From positions 1 to 42,314 of the forward strand of contig SLLU01000038.1 of NCBI GenBank assembly GCA_007133925.1: a DNA stretch of 42,314 nucleotides, read 5' to 3'. A model generated the notes under the pieces. The model worked only from the letters and a program-made list of their open reading frames with translations, searched no databases and was not told the origin of the DNA. The DNA is from Candidatus Halarchaeoplasma halalkaliphilum (GTDB lineage Archaea > Thermoplasmatota > Thermoplasmata > Halarchaeoplasmatales > Halarchaeoplasmataceae). Positions 28,366-38,519 of this stretch are shown in pieces. The first letter of the stretch is position 1. Each line of letters begins with the position of its first letter. Both the position numbers and the translations under genes were made by a program.

Positions 28366-31308
28366 CTACCTATTTTTAGTTTTCCCCTTTATTACGATCC
28401 CCTTCCCTTCCCGGCCATCAAGCCTCAGTTCAAGGGGTGTTCGGGTGGTTACATGTCTGGTGAACTCTCCCTCCTCCACTATATCCTGTTCACCAAGCCA
28501 TTGAAGATCCACCTTGGTCCCCTTCTCATCCACTATGAGATAACCTGTTTCGGAAGATACCAGGTCATGGAAGAAATGGGATCCCTGGGACGGTTCTATG
28601 TGTCTTCCTCCCATCTCGGTCTCCACTATGGCAAGGGCACCAGCTATGTCACCCCAACGTATCGGGATACCCATCCAGTGGTCCGAAGAGCCCCATCGCC
28701 CAGGGCCTATCAACAGATATTTTCGATCTCGCTTCATGAGTTTACGGTTCAATGTACTCACCTCACGGGCGATCCTTTGACTCTCTTTCGCAGCGAAGGA
28801 GTCCTCCTTGACATAGACCACATCCCGTATATCCTCCATCAAACCGTTCCCAAGGGAATTATTGCTGTACAGGAGTACATCCATTTCTTCATAGGCCCCT
28901 ATATCCACACAGGCTTCAACTTTCCGGGATACCATGCTTCTCATCTGGAGTATGTACATGGTCGCTTCCCGGCACTTATCATCCTCGAACTCCACGGTGA
29001 ATTCTATCTCCACAGGGTATCCGAGGGCCATCTTGGCCACCTTCAGAACCAGTCCTAAGCCTTTGGCCAGTGGTATGATACCCGGGGAGAGGAGTGGTGA
29101 AAAATCCAGTACCCTCGTACCCTCGTATGCGGTTCCGGGATACAGACGACCATCCTGGTAAGTAGATGCAATGCAGCGAAGCAAGCCTTGTTTTTCAGCC
29201 TCTTCCAGGTCCAGTCGAACCAAGGAGGTTTCTTCATCCATATCGAGCATCCTGTAGATCGACCTGAGGTTCAAACCGAAGAAATGTCTCTGGGAATGTT
29301 TCACCCGATCTTCGATGTCGGGAACCATGGGTCTCCTGGGATGCTCGGGACAGAAACAGTGGGACCGGCCTCCTTCAACAATGTTCTTTCCCAGCCCCAG
29401 GGCAAGATAGGCAACACCGCACTCGGGGACGCAACCGCCAGAGGGATAATGATTGTAGGAACGGGCAACACCGGATATTGAGGGATAAAAGTACTTCCCT
29501 CTTTTCTTCCCGGTGACTTCCTGAAGGATAACCGCCATCTTCTCATCGTTCAGATTCTTGGGTGTGGATCGGAGGTAGTTCCTGGCAGCTTCGAAGTAAG
29601 TGGAGGCAAAAACATATTTTATTGCATTGCAAACGTCCTGGAATCGGAAGTCCGTATCCCAGGATTCGTTGGGGAGCAGCATGGAAGCATACACCCCAGC
29701 GAAGGGTTGGGAAAGTGAATCTTCCAGAACTCCGGAAGATCTTACTATCAATGGTTTCTTGGTGTTCCTAACGAAGGAGCGTATATCACCCAGCACCGTG
29801 GGGGGAAGGCTCGATTCTATGAACTTAGCCGCGATCCTTTCGTCGGGAAGGTTGATCAGTTCTTCTATATCCAAAGAATTTTGTTTCAAGAACTTCTCGA
29901 ATACTTCCGTTGAAAGCACTATTGTCCTGGGTACAGTTATGTTCAATCCGCGGAGCATCTCTGGGCCCATGTGCCGGGATAACAATTTTGACATGAACAC
30001 CAGGCCCCGTGCCTTGCCTCCTAGGGCACCGGTACCGATCCTGCTGAGCCGTACATGGGGTCCGAAGCTCTCCCTGTGGAACTCCAGTATGGAATTTTTG
30101 TATACCCTGTACCTGTGGGCTTCCAGGAGCCTTTTCATGTCGTCCTGAAACGATCCTCTCTTACCGGTACGTAGTTCTTCAAAGGATCGAGCCAGTTCGT
30201 TCTCTCCCCGGGCTATGCACCACTTAGACAGATCTTCCGATTTCAACATCTGTTCTGTTGCCGCTTCTTGGGACCTCCCAACCGCCCTGTCAAGGTCTGT
30301 TAGGCAGCGAATGGTTACAGACTTCCCGTCACCCGTATCCCATGAGAGCTCTGTGGGTCCCAGGACCTCACTTAAAAACCTCTTCAACTCCCATTCAAGA
30401 CGGGAAGAGCTCTTGTGGAAAAAACCGATGTCCTCCGGCACCTCCTCGAGAACATCGGAAGACTGTATCATGACCGGGATATCAAAACGCTTCTTTATAT
30501 CCATGACAAGGTGGAGACCGGAATATTGACCCTCCTGATCAGAAAGGTCGCTGATAACACCTGCAAGGTTTTTGCCGTATCTTTCAACACAGAGTTCACC
30601 CTGGGTAAAATCCCCTGCCATGAGAAGCCTGGGTCTCCTGAGATGTCTGGTGATGACCTGATCCTCCGTGAGGTCCTCATCGAGTATGTTCTCAAGATGA
30701 TCTCGTATCTCGTCATATATGAGATGTACGTAGGTGGAATAGTGCTGCACTGAATCCTCGATCAGCAGTATGATCCTGCCCTCGGACTTGACATCCGGGT
30801 TGTTCTCCAACTGGATACGATCTTCTATGTACTGGAGTATATCCAGAAATATCTTCCCGTCACCGTTCCATGTGAACACGTGGTCAATGTCGTTTTCATT
30901 CACAAGTCCTTTCACATCGTTACCAACCACCGCCACCAGAAGTTTCGGGTCAAAGGACTTTACACGGCTGGCGAGTTCAACCACCCCCATATCAGACGGT
31001 TCCTTGAATATGATAACCAGATCAACGTTGTTCTTCTCGATGTACTCCAAGCCTTCCATGCCAGATCCCTTGTGGGTGAACACCGGAGGCGGCCTGCCGG
31101 GTATCGTGGGGTAATGATCTCTGAACAATCCGTTGAGCCGCCCGCCTTCTTCCACAAGGAAAAAATCGTATGTCGGAGACACCATCAGGACGTTTCCTAT
31201 CGAATGGCTGTGTAGTTTTTCACACCGGCCGTCGGTGTCCCCGATATTGGGACGTATGCCTGTTACCTTTCTAACGATCTCATCTATCTCCGAATCTCTG
31301 CAGCTCAT
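28366..31308 (-). CDS. Multidomain protein: pseudo-receiver, receiver (REC), PPDK_N-type ATP-grasp, GPGRWG/GSHFF module
   Basis: The REC-like domain (aa ~177-300) has IILLIEDS, VISDLS (putative phospho-Asp), IPVMIQSS and FFHKS. The preceding domain (aa ~38-165) has VLMVSPTYDFFLVEEGG but F-K at the acceptor position. ATP-grasp motifs GALGGKARG, LIVRSSGVLEDSLSQPFAGVY, MAVILQEV, VEIEF, ILQMRS. Then LLIGPGRWGSS...QGSHFFHDL. Confidence 0.8.
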   Translation of the reverse strand: MSCRDSEIDEIVRKVTGIRPNIGDTDGRCEKLHSHSIGNVLMVSPTYDFFLVEEGGRLNGLFRDHYPTIPGRPPPVFTHKGSGMEGLEYIEKNNVDLVIIFKEPSDMGVVELASRVKSFDPKLLVAVVGNDVKGLVNENDIDHVFTWNGDGKIFLDILQYIEDRIQLENNPDVKSEGRIILLIEDSVQHYSTYVHLIYDEIRDHLENILDEDLTEDQVITRHLRRPRLLMAGDFTQGELCVERYGKNLAGVISDLSDQEGQYSGLHLVMDIKKRFDIPVMIQSSDVLEEVPEDIGFFHKSSSRLEWELKRFLSEVLGPTELSWDTGDGKSVTIRCLTDLDRAVGRSQEAATEQMLKSEDLSKWCIARGENELARSFEELRTGKRGSFQDDMKRLLEAHRYRVYKNSILEFHRESFGPHVRLSRIGTGALGGKARGLVFMSKLLSRHMGPEMLRGLNITVPRTIVLSTEVFEKFLKQNSLDIEELINLPDERIAAKFIESSLPPTVLGDIRSFVRNTKKPLIVRSSGVLEDSLSQPFAGVYASMLLPNESWDTDFRFQDVCNAIKYVFASTYFEAARNYLRSTPKNLNDEKMAVILQEVTGKKRGKYFYPSISGVARSYNHYPSGGCVPECGVAYLALGLGKNIVEGGRSHCFCPEHPRRPMVPDIEDRVKHSQRHFFGLNLRSIYRMLDMDEETSLVRLDLEEAEKQGLLRCIASTYQDGRLYPGTAYEGTRVLDFSPLLSPGIIPLAKGLGLVLKVAKMALGYPVEIEFTVEFEDDKCREATMYILQMRSMVSRKVEACVDIGAYEEMDVLLYSNNSLGNGLMEDIRDVVYVKEDSFAAKESQRIAREVSTLNRKLMKRDRKYLLIGPGRWGSSDHWMGIPIRWGDIAGALAIVETEMGGRHIEPSQGSHFFHDLVSSETGYLIVDEKGTKVDLQWLGEQDIVEEGEFTRHVTTRTPLELRLDGREGKGIVIKGKTKNR

Positions 31309-31325
31309 CTGTACCTACTTCTTGT

Positions 31326-32612
31326 TCATATCCAGCCCCTCAATCTGCAGGCCTCAGCCACACTGTTGATGGATATCATGTAGGCTGCATCCTTGAGGGT
31401 TATATTCTTTCTCTTGGAGAGTTCCATGACCTTGTAGAAGGCGGAAGTCATCTTGTCATCCAGCTTACCAAGTACCTCTTCCTTTGGCCAGTAGTAATTC
31501 TGATTGTTCTGCACCTGTTCGAAGTAGCTGCAGGTGACACCGCCGGCATTGGCAAGGAAATCCGGTATGACCATGATTCCTTTCTCTTCCAGTACCGTAT
31601 CCGCCTCGGGAGTGATGGGTCCGTTGGCCCCGGCTCCGATGAGTTTTACACTGGGCCGTATATGATTTACTGTATCTTTGTTTATGGCATTCTCCAAAGC
31701 AGCGGGGATCAATATGTCCACATCCTTTTTCAACCAATCCTCTCCCGGAAGCCTCTCGTAACCCAGTACTTCAGCTTTTTCCTTATCCACCGTACCGTAC
31801 CTGTTGGTTATACCCCTTAATTCCTCAAGGTCGATACCACTTTCTTTGTAGTATGTGTATGCCGTTGAATCTTCCTGATCCCAACATGAAACCAACAGCA
31901 CTTTGCCTCCGTATTCCGTGAATAGTTCGATGGCATACTGTGCAACGTTTCCGAAACCCTGAACCGCAGCTGTGGTTTCGGATATATCCATTTTCAACTC
32001 CTTGAGTGCTTCTCTTATGGTGAACACAACACCGTATCCCGTTGCCTCGGTACGACCCAGGGAACCACCATGGCCCACGGGCTTCCCTGTGATAACACCG
32101 GGATACTTTCCTCCCGCGATATGCTCGTATTCGTCCATCATCCAAAGCATGTGTTGTGCACTGGTCATCACGTCGGGTGCGGGGACATCATTCACGGGCC
32201 CGATATTCTTTGCCAATTGTCTAACCCAGCCCCTGCAGAGCCTTTCCTGTTCCCTATCGGACAGGTCATGGGGATCGCATATAACTCCACCTTTTCCTCC
32301 ACCCAGGGGGATATCGGCAACGGCACATTTCCACGTCATCCACATGGCTAAAGCCCTTACCGTATCCGCAGTTTCCTGAGGATGGAACCTTATGCCCCCT
32401 TTGCAGGGTCCCCTTGCATCGTTGTGCTGTACTCGGAAACCCCTGAAAACCTTGACAGTACCGTCGTCCATTTTTACAGGTATGCTGAAGTGATACTCCC
32501 TTAAGGGCACTCTTAAAAATTCCCTGGTAGATTCGTCAAGTCCTAGCTTATCGGCAACAGTGTCAAATTGTTCCTGTGCCATCTTGTATGCGTTGAAGCC
32601 TTTTTCTGCCAT
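31326..32612 (-). CDS. gdh: Glutamate dehydrogenase, about 428-aa type
   Basis: KGGIRFHP; active site PLGGGKGGV; Rossmann motif QGFGNVAQ. The ATG at 32612 (MAEKGFNAY) is preceded by AGAGGT. The ORF track extends to 32702 through an implausible N-terminus. Confidence 0.93.
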   Translation of the reverse strand: MAEKGFNAYKMAQEQFDTVADKLGLDESTREFLRVPLREYHFSIPVKMDDGTVKVFRGFRVQHNDARGPCKGGIRFHPQETADTVRALAMWMTWKCAVADIPLGGGKGGVICDPHDLSDREQERLCRGWVRQLAKNIGPVNDVPAPDVMTSAQHMLWMMDEYEHIAGGKYPGVITGKPVGHGGSLGRTEATGYGVVFTIREALKELKMDISETTAAVQGFGNVAQYAIELFTEYGGKVLLVSCWDQEDSTAYTYYKESGIDLEELRGITNRYGTVDKEKAEVLGYERLPGEDWLKKDVDILIPAALENAINKDTVNHIRPSVKLIGAGANGPITPEADTVLEEKGIMVIPDFLANAGGVTCSYFEQVQNNQNYYWPKEEVLGKLDDKMTSAFYKVMELSKRKNITLKDAAYMISINSVAEACRLRGWI

Positions 32613-32655
32613 ATTCAGATACCTCTTTAATTTGGTGTATGGGAGAAAATAACAA

Positions 32656-32672
32656 CTGATATAAATAATCCG
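32656..32672 (-). promoter_or_regulatory. TATA-like element (GATTATTTATATC on the minus strand) for the gdh cluster
   Basis: Lies about 50 nt upstream of the gdh ATG at 32612. Confidence 0.35.
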
Positions 32673-32751
32673 TTTACAAAAATCCAGTGTTTTAATGTAC
32701 AAAATGGGTTATTTCCTTATTGGAAGATACTCATGCTGTCCACCAATGAAT

Positions 32752-33792
32752 TCAGTCACCACTGCACGCCCTCAACCGCCCTTCTATCATACCTATGGAT
32801 ACCTTCTGGGGCATTATGTTGTGAATCATCTTGGATGACAGTATTGTATTGGATAAGGCACCTATGCTGTTGGGGAACGTGTCGTACAGATTCTCACCCC
32901 ACTGAAAGAAATCCTCTATGGTCTTGAATGCGGTGAATACGAGGAAATTGTATCTGCCCGTGCTGGCCACCAGGGCCCGGGAAACCTTGTTATCCTTTAT
33001 CATCAGGTCCATGAACTCCTTTCGCTTGGATTTCACCTCGATCTTGGAAACCACCATGTTGTATCCGGGAGGTATGAACAAGTTGGGAAAGGTACATCGT
33101 GGATAACCGATGATCCCAGCATCCAACATGGTCTCGATGTGCCGCCCCACTGTCTTCCTGTTGGAAACTAGTTTCCGTGCCAGTAGGGATTCGTTTGTCC
33201 GTATGCACTCTCCCTCCATGAGTATCTTTAGTAGTTCGAACTCAACTTCATCCAGTGTTACATCGTTCAAGACAATCTTACCCTTGGATCGGAATTCCTC
33301 CGCCAATACCTTCACAAAACAGTTTGGATCGTACTTGAATGTGAGTCTATTGCTGAATATATACGCATTAGCCGGTGCCCTCCATTCCCTGGCAGGTATC
33401 CTCTTCTCTCGAACGATCTTCTCCCTCCACGAGTGATATGTTTCCAGATCCTTGAAGAATTCTATGAGAAGTGTGTTGTAGGGGCCTTCCATACATGAAA
33501 AAGCTGCGAATATGTGGGAATCCTCCCTGTAAAAGGAAGTCATCTCTTCCCCCCTGGGCATGTCCGCCTCGACTATTACGAGTAGGGGAAACTCTTGGAA
33601 TAGAGCGTCGAAGGGATATATGGGAGGCCTCACCAGATCGTTCTCGTAGAGATAATCCACCTTCTTTTTGGCTGTGGCCCTGTGTATATCGAGTCGCCTT
33701 GCCAGATGACTGATGTTAACGTTAACCCCCTCTCCGGAAACCAGATATCGTAGTAGCCTGAGGTTCAATTCGTCCTTTAACGGGTCGTTCAT
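32752..33792 (-). CDS. Transcriptional regulator with two tandem Lrp/AsnC-like modules (wHTH plus alpha/beta domain, twice)
   Basis: Two HTH segments (NISHLARRLDIHRATAKKKVDYLYENDLV; NESLLARKLVSNRKTVGRHIETMLDAGII). Each is followed by a roughly 100-aa segment with alternating beta/alpha character. The family assignment rests on pattern only. Confidence 0.5.
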   Translation of the reverse strand: MNDPLKDELNLRLLRYLVSGEGVNVNISHLARRLDIHRATAKKKVDYLYENDLVRPPIYPFDALFQEFPLLVIVEADMPRGEEMTSFYREDSHIFAAFSCMEGPYNTLLIEFFKDLETYHSWREKIVREKRIPAREWRAPANAYIFSNRLTFKYDPNCFVKVLAEEFRSKGKIVLNDVTLDEVEFELLKILMEGECIRTNESLLARKLVSNRKTVGRHIETMLDAGIIGYPRCTFPNLFIPPGYNMVVSKIEVKSKRKEFMDLMIKDNKVSRALVASTGRYNFLVFTAFKTIEDFFQWGENLYDTFPNSIGALSNTILSSKMIHNIMPQKVSIGMIEGRLRACSGD

Positions 33793-33811
33793 TCTGCTCT
33801 CTAATGCATTG

Positions 33812-33823
33812 GGATTATATCAT
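33812..33823 (-). promoter_or_regulatory. TATA-like element (ATGATATAATCC on the minus strand) for the Lrp-like gene
   Basis: About 25 nt upstream of the ATG at 33792, compatible with a leaderless mRNA. Confidence 0.3.
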
Positions 33824-33831
33824 GCTTTTGG

Positions 33832-33837
33832 AAAAAA
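33832..33837 (-). terminator. Oligo-T (T6) stop after the 16S trailer
   Basis: The A6 run on the plus strand is T6 on the minus strand, immediately distal to the 3' arm of the processing stem. Confidence 0.35.
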
Positions 33838-33845
33838 GAGTTCGG

Positions 33846-33883
33846 GACGAACCAACGGGAAATTGGTGTTTGTTTACCTGCCG
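33846..33883 (-). other. 3' arm of the 16S rRNA processing stem
   Basis: 33869..33883 is the exact reverse complement of 35443..35457 (15 bp). 33846..33858 is the exact reverse complement of 35468..35480 (13 bp). Confidence 0.7.
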
Positions 33884-33900
33884 TCAAGTTTTCTTCGCGT

Positions 33901-35370
<1,470 letters not shown>

Positions 35371-35442
35371 TGGAGTTACTTAATTTCTTGGCGGAAATGA
35401 CCACCTCTTTTAATTTTGAATCCATCGGTTGAAACCTTGAAT

Positions 35443-35480
35443 CGGCAGGTAAACAAATTGCACCTTTCCGTTGGTTCGTC
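35443..35480 (-). other. 5' arm of the 16S rRNA processing stem
   Basis: Complementary to 33846..33883 as listed above. The interior can form a 4-bp helix (35461..35464 with 33865..33868) flanked by short bulges. Confidence 0.7.
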
Positions 35481-35557
35481 TGTCGGACCCAAGAGATCAC
35501 GGAAAATACCGGGGTTCTTGGATCCCCATGTTGTATTCCACCCACACAATGCGACCC

Positions 35558-35643
35558 CTATTTAACCCTTTGGGATACCAACACACCACAAAAAGCGTGG
35601 CAAAGTGTGGGAAATGATACATGGTAGGAACATGTATTTAAGG
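35558..35643 (-). promoter_or_regulatory. Two candidate TATA elements for the 16S transcript (GTTAAATAG and CCTTAAATAC on the minus strand)
   Basis: They lie at 35558..35566 and 35634..35643, which is 190 and 265 nt upstream of the mature 5' end. Which one is used cannot be decided from sequence. Confidence 0.3.
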
Positions 35644-35671
35644 ATTGCTGAGAAGTATTATGCCCGGGGGG

Positions 35672-37180
35672 TCATCCTTTTTCCATCTCGTGCAACCACA
35701 GCGTTCTTTGGGGGAATGGGATCTCTATGTTTTCCTCTCTGAAACGTTGGTCTATCCTTTCACGGAGATCACTCATTATACTCCACTGTTTGCTTATATC
35801 ATCGATCCAAACTCGAAGGCCGAAGTCAAGGCTTGAATCACCGAAGTTCCTGAACCTCACCGCTATGGGATGCTCCTCGTCATCTATCACATTGGGATGT
35901 TCCTCAGCTACCTCCCGGAGTATCCTCTTGACCTTCTGAACATCGGAGCCGTAGGCCACCCCAACTTCCACCCTGACTTTGATGGAGATGTCCGGTTTGG
36001 TCACGTTGATTATCATCTGATTGGCCAGGGAATTGTTTGGAAGTACGATCCCCTCGTGCTCCCTTATGTTGTAGAGCTTGGTGCTCCTCATGCCGATCTC
36101 CTCGACCTTGCAGTAATCCCCGTTCTCCAAGAGAATTATATCGCCTATGACGAAGGGACGGTCCAGCAGTATATGCATGCCGCTGAAGAAGTTGCCCAAC
36201 GTATCCTGGGCAGCGAAGGCCACCACAAGACCGATCACACCAGCACCGGCGAGGAGTGCGGTCGCCTCTATCCCCAGTACCCGCAGGACCATCAAGAGTG
36301 CAGCCACGGTTATTATCACTGCAAGGCTCTTTTCCAGCATGGGCTTGAGAACCTTGGCGAAGGATGTGTTCATGCCGCCCCTCTCGATGGCGATCTGATG
36401 GAGTACGGTATCAAATATGCGATATATTATGATACCACCCATAACCAAGACCAAGACCATGTAGATCTGGTACATGGTTGTCCTGATACCCATGGTCAGA
36501 TTCAATTTCATGAAGGAATCTATGAAGCCGTAGAGTATGATAAGACCGAGTATGGGTCTGCGTAGCATCCGTATCACTATCTCATCCACGTCAGTCTTTG
36601 TCTTTTTCGTCAAGCCGTGTATGATCGGACTCACCAAAAAGTAGAATACCCAACCCAGGGCGACCCAAAAGGCCATGTTGAGTATGAAAGCTCCGTAAGG
36701 ATTGTCCAGGGGTTCCGGAAGGGGGTTGGGGTATCCACCAATGAGTGTGTTGCTCTCGGGTGCGGGTGCCACTCCACGGATCCTCACGGATATGTCTCTC
36801 GATATCATATCGTACTCGGTACTGTTTATGGGTCTATAGTAAAAGAGCACCCGGCCTTCGTACGAATTCTTTGAAGGATGTCGGGGAACCTCCATGGATA
36901 CCGTGACTATCTGGTAGGGTCCTGAATCATCCAGGACGAAATGATCCGGTGAGATGTCCGTTACCCACTCCTCCAGATCTCCATCGACCTCGACCCTGAC
37001 CACGGATGTAAAGGTACTGTTCCTATATACGGTCCACTTGAACAACACCTCGGTTTCGACCTCGGCCTCTTTATGCAAGTCCCCCTCTCCGATGAACGGT
37101 TCTGCAGACCCCACTGTGGGAACCAGTAGGACTACCACAAGTACCATAATAAACACCAGGGCTGGGAGCTTTTTGTTCAT
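35672..37180 (-). CDS. MscS-family mechanosensitive channel with a large N-terminal extracellular domain
   Basis: Signal/TM segment, then a roughly 150-aa extracytoplasmic domain, then several TM helices. The pore-helix signature is GLVVAFAAQDTLGNFFSGMHILLDRPFVIGDII, followed by a beta-domain. Confidence 0.88.
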   Translation of the reverse strand: MNKKLPALVFIMVLVVVLLVPTVGSAEPFIGEGDLHKEAEVETEVLFKWTVYRNSTFTSVVRVEVDGDLEEWVTDISPDHFVLDDSGPYQIVTVSMEVPRHPSKNSYEGRVLFYYRPINSTEYDMISRDISVRIRGVAPAPESNTLIGGYPNPLPEPLDNPYGAFILNMAFWVALGWVFYFLVSPIIHGLTKKTKTDVDEIVIRMLRRPILGLIILYGFIDSFMKLNLTMGIRTTMYQIYMVLVLVMGGIIIYRIFDTVLHQIAIERGGMNTSFAKVLKPMLEKSLAVIITVAALLMVLRVLGIEATALLAGAGVIGLVVAFAAQDTLGNFFSGMHILLDRPFVIGDIILLENGDYCKVEEIGMRSTKLYNIREHEGIVLPNNSLANQMIINVTKPDISIKVRVEVGVAYGSDVQKVKRILREVAEEHPNVIDDEEHPIAVRFRNFGDSSLDFGLRVWIDDISKQWSIMSDLRERIDQRFREENIEIPFPQRTLWLHEMEKG

Positions 37181-37223
37181 CTAAGTCATACCCATGTATT
37201 CCACGTAATTAAGTTTACCCTTC

Positions 37224-38519
37224 TCATCGTCCTATGGTCCTGTACCTCACCTTGTCGAACCCTTCCGGGTTCAGAACACGTCTTCCGTCCAGTACCACGG
37301 GGGTACTCATGACCATGAAATCCTTTTCCCCAAGAGATCTGAACTCCTCCCAGTCGGTCTGTATCAGGCATCCATGGGAACCCGTCAACGCCTCTTCAAC
37401 GGACCCTGCAAGCTCCACGTTGCTAACCTCCCCGGAGAAGTTCTTACCGGCCATGGGGTCGTATCCCACCACCCTTGCACCCCTCCTCAGCAGTTCCTGT
37501 GCCATGGGGATCGCCCGGCTCTCCCGTACATCGTCGGTATCGGCTTTGAAAGCCAAACCCAGTATGGCTATACGCTTTCCGGACAGCCGTCCCAGCATAT
37601 CCTCCAGCATGTTCACCGCATGTATGGGCTGATGCTCGTTTACCTTGATTACCGCTTCCAGGATACGGGGATTGACACCCTGCCATCGACAGAAGTGTAT
37701 GAGGGCCATGACATCCTTTGGGAAGCAGCTCCCGCCGAATCCAACTCCTGCATTGAGGAACTTTCTCTCTATACGACTGTCCAGTCCAACGCCGTCCATA
37801 ACACCGTAAACATCCGCACCTATTTTTTCGCATATCCGTGACATCTCGTTGGCAAAGGATATCTTGGTTGCCAAAAGGGCATTTGAAACGTATTTGATCA
37901 TCTCCGCGGTCTTTATGTCCGTTACCACTATCGGGGATTCGAAGTCCTGATATATCTCCCGTAGTACAGATTTGCTCCTATCATCTGCACCGCCTATGAC
38001 GATCCTATCCGGGTTCATGAAATCGTCCAGGGCCACCCCTTCCCTTAGGAATTCCGGGTTCATACCCAGACCCATATCCTTACCCATCTCCAGTCCGGCC
38101 TCCTCCATTATGGGCAACACAAGACCTTCGGTGGTCCCGGGAACAACGGTGCTCTTCACACATACCACATGATACTCACCCGTCTCCATAAGAGCTTCAG
38201 CGATATCTTGGGAAGCCCGCTCCACATAGGAAGTATCTATGCTCCCGTCCTCGGAGGAAGGTGTTCCCACGCAGATGAAAGTAACTTGGGAGTTCTTCAC
38301 CGCATTTGCCGTATCCATGGTGGCCTCCAGTTTCTCCTCTTTCACCAATCTCTCGAGCATTCCCTCCAGATCCTTCTCGAATATGGGTGGTACTCCCCGG
38401 TTGATAGAATCCACCTTGGAACCGTCCGTATCCACACAGATCACCCTATGGCCCTTTTCCGCCAGACCCACACCGGTCACCAGACCTACGTATCCCGTAC
38501 CGATTATGCTGATGTTCAT
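37224..38519 (-). CDS. ugd: UDP-glucose / nucleotide-sugar 6-dehydrogenase
   Basis: N-terminal Rossmann IIGTGYVGLVTG and catalytic Cys in GFGGSCFPKD. The C-terminal UDP-binding domain carries the GLAFKADTDDVRES motif. Confidence 0.9.
   Translation of the reverse strand: MNISIIGTGYVGLVTGVGLAEKGHRVICVDTDGSKVDSINRGVPPIFEKDLEGMLERLVKEEKLEATMDTANAVKNSQVTFICVGTPSSEDGSIDTSYVERASQDIAEALMETGEYHVVCVKSTVVPGTTEGLVLPIMEEAGLEMGKDMGLGMNPEFLREGVALDDFMNPDRIVIGGADDRSKSVLREIYQDFESPIVVTDIKTAEMIKYVSNALLATKISFANEMSRICEKIGADVYGVMDGVGLDSRIERKFLNAGVGFGGSCFPKDVMALIHFCRWQGVNPRILEAVIKVNEHQPIHAVNMLEDMLGRLSGKRIAILGLAFKADTDDVRESRAIPMAQELLRRGARVVGYDPMAGKNFSGEVSNVELAGSVEEALTGSHGCLIQTDWEEFRSLGEKDFMVMSTPVVLDGRRVLNPEGFDKVRYRTIGR

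Noticed and set aside
26843-30148. Several 100-245-aa plus-strand ORFs (26843..27499, 28321..29058, 29600..30148 and others).
   Set aside because: All are antisense to the two PPDK_N-type genes, whose frames carry long runs of conserved motifs. The plus-frame products are low-complexity.
25189-31308. Annotating the two large proteins simply as PEP synthase / pyruvate phosphate dikinase.
   Set aside because: Only the N-terminal ATP-grasp motifs are present. I could not find the TSHAAI phosphohistidine motif or any PEP-utilizer TIM-barrel region, and extra REC, sensor and NTase domains are attached.
32752-33900. Expected spacer tRNA-Ala and 23S rRNA downstream of the 16S gene.
   Set aside because: The 108-bp trailer ends in a T-run, and a protein gene with its own TATA follows. 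No tRNA- or 23S-like sequence is present.
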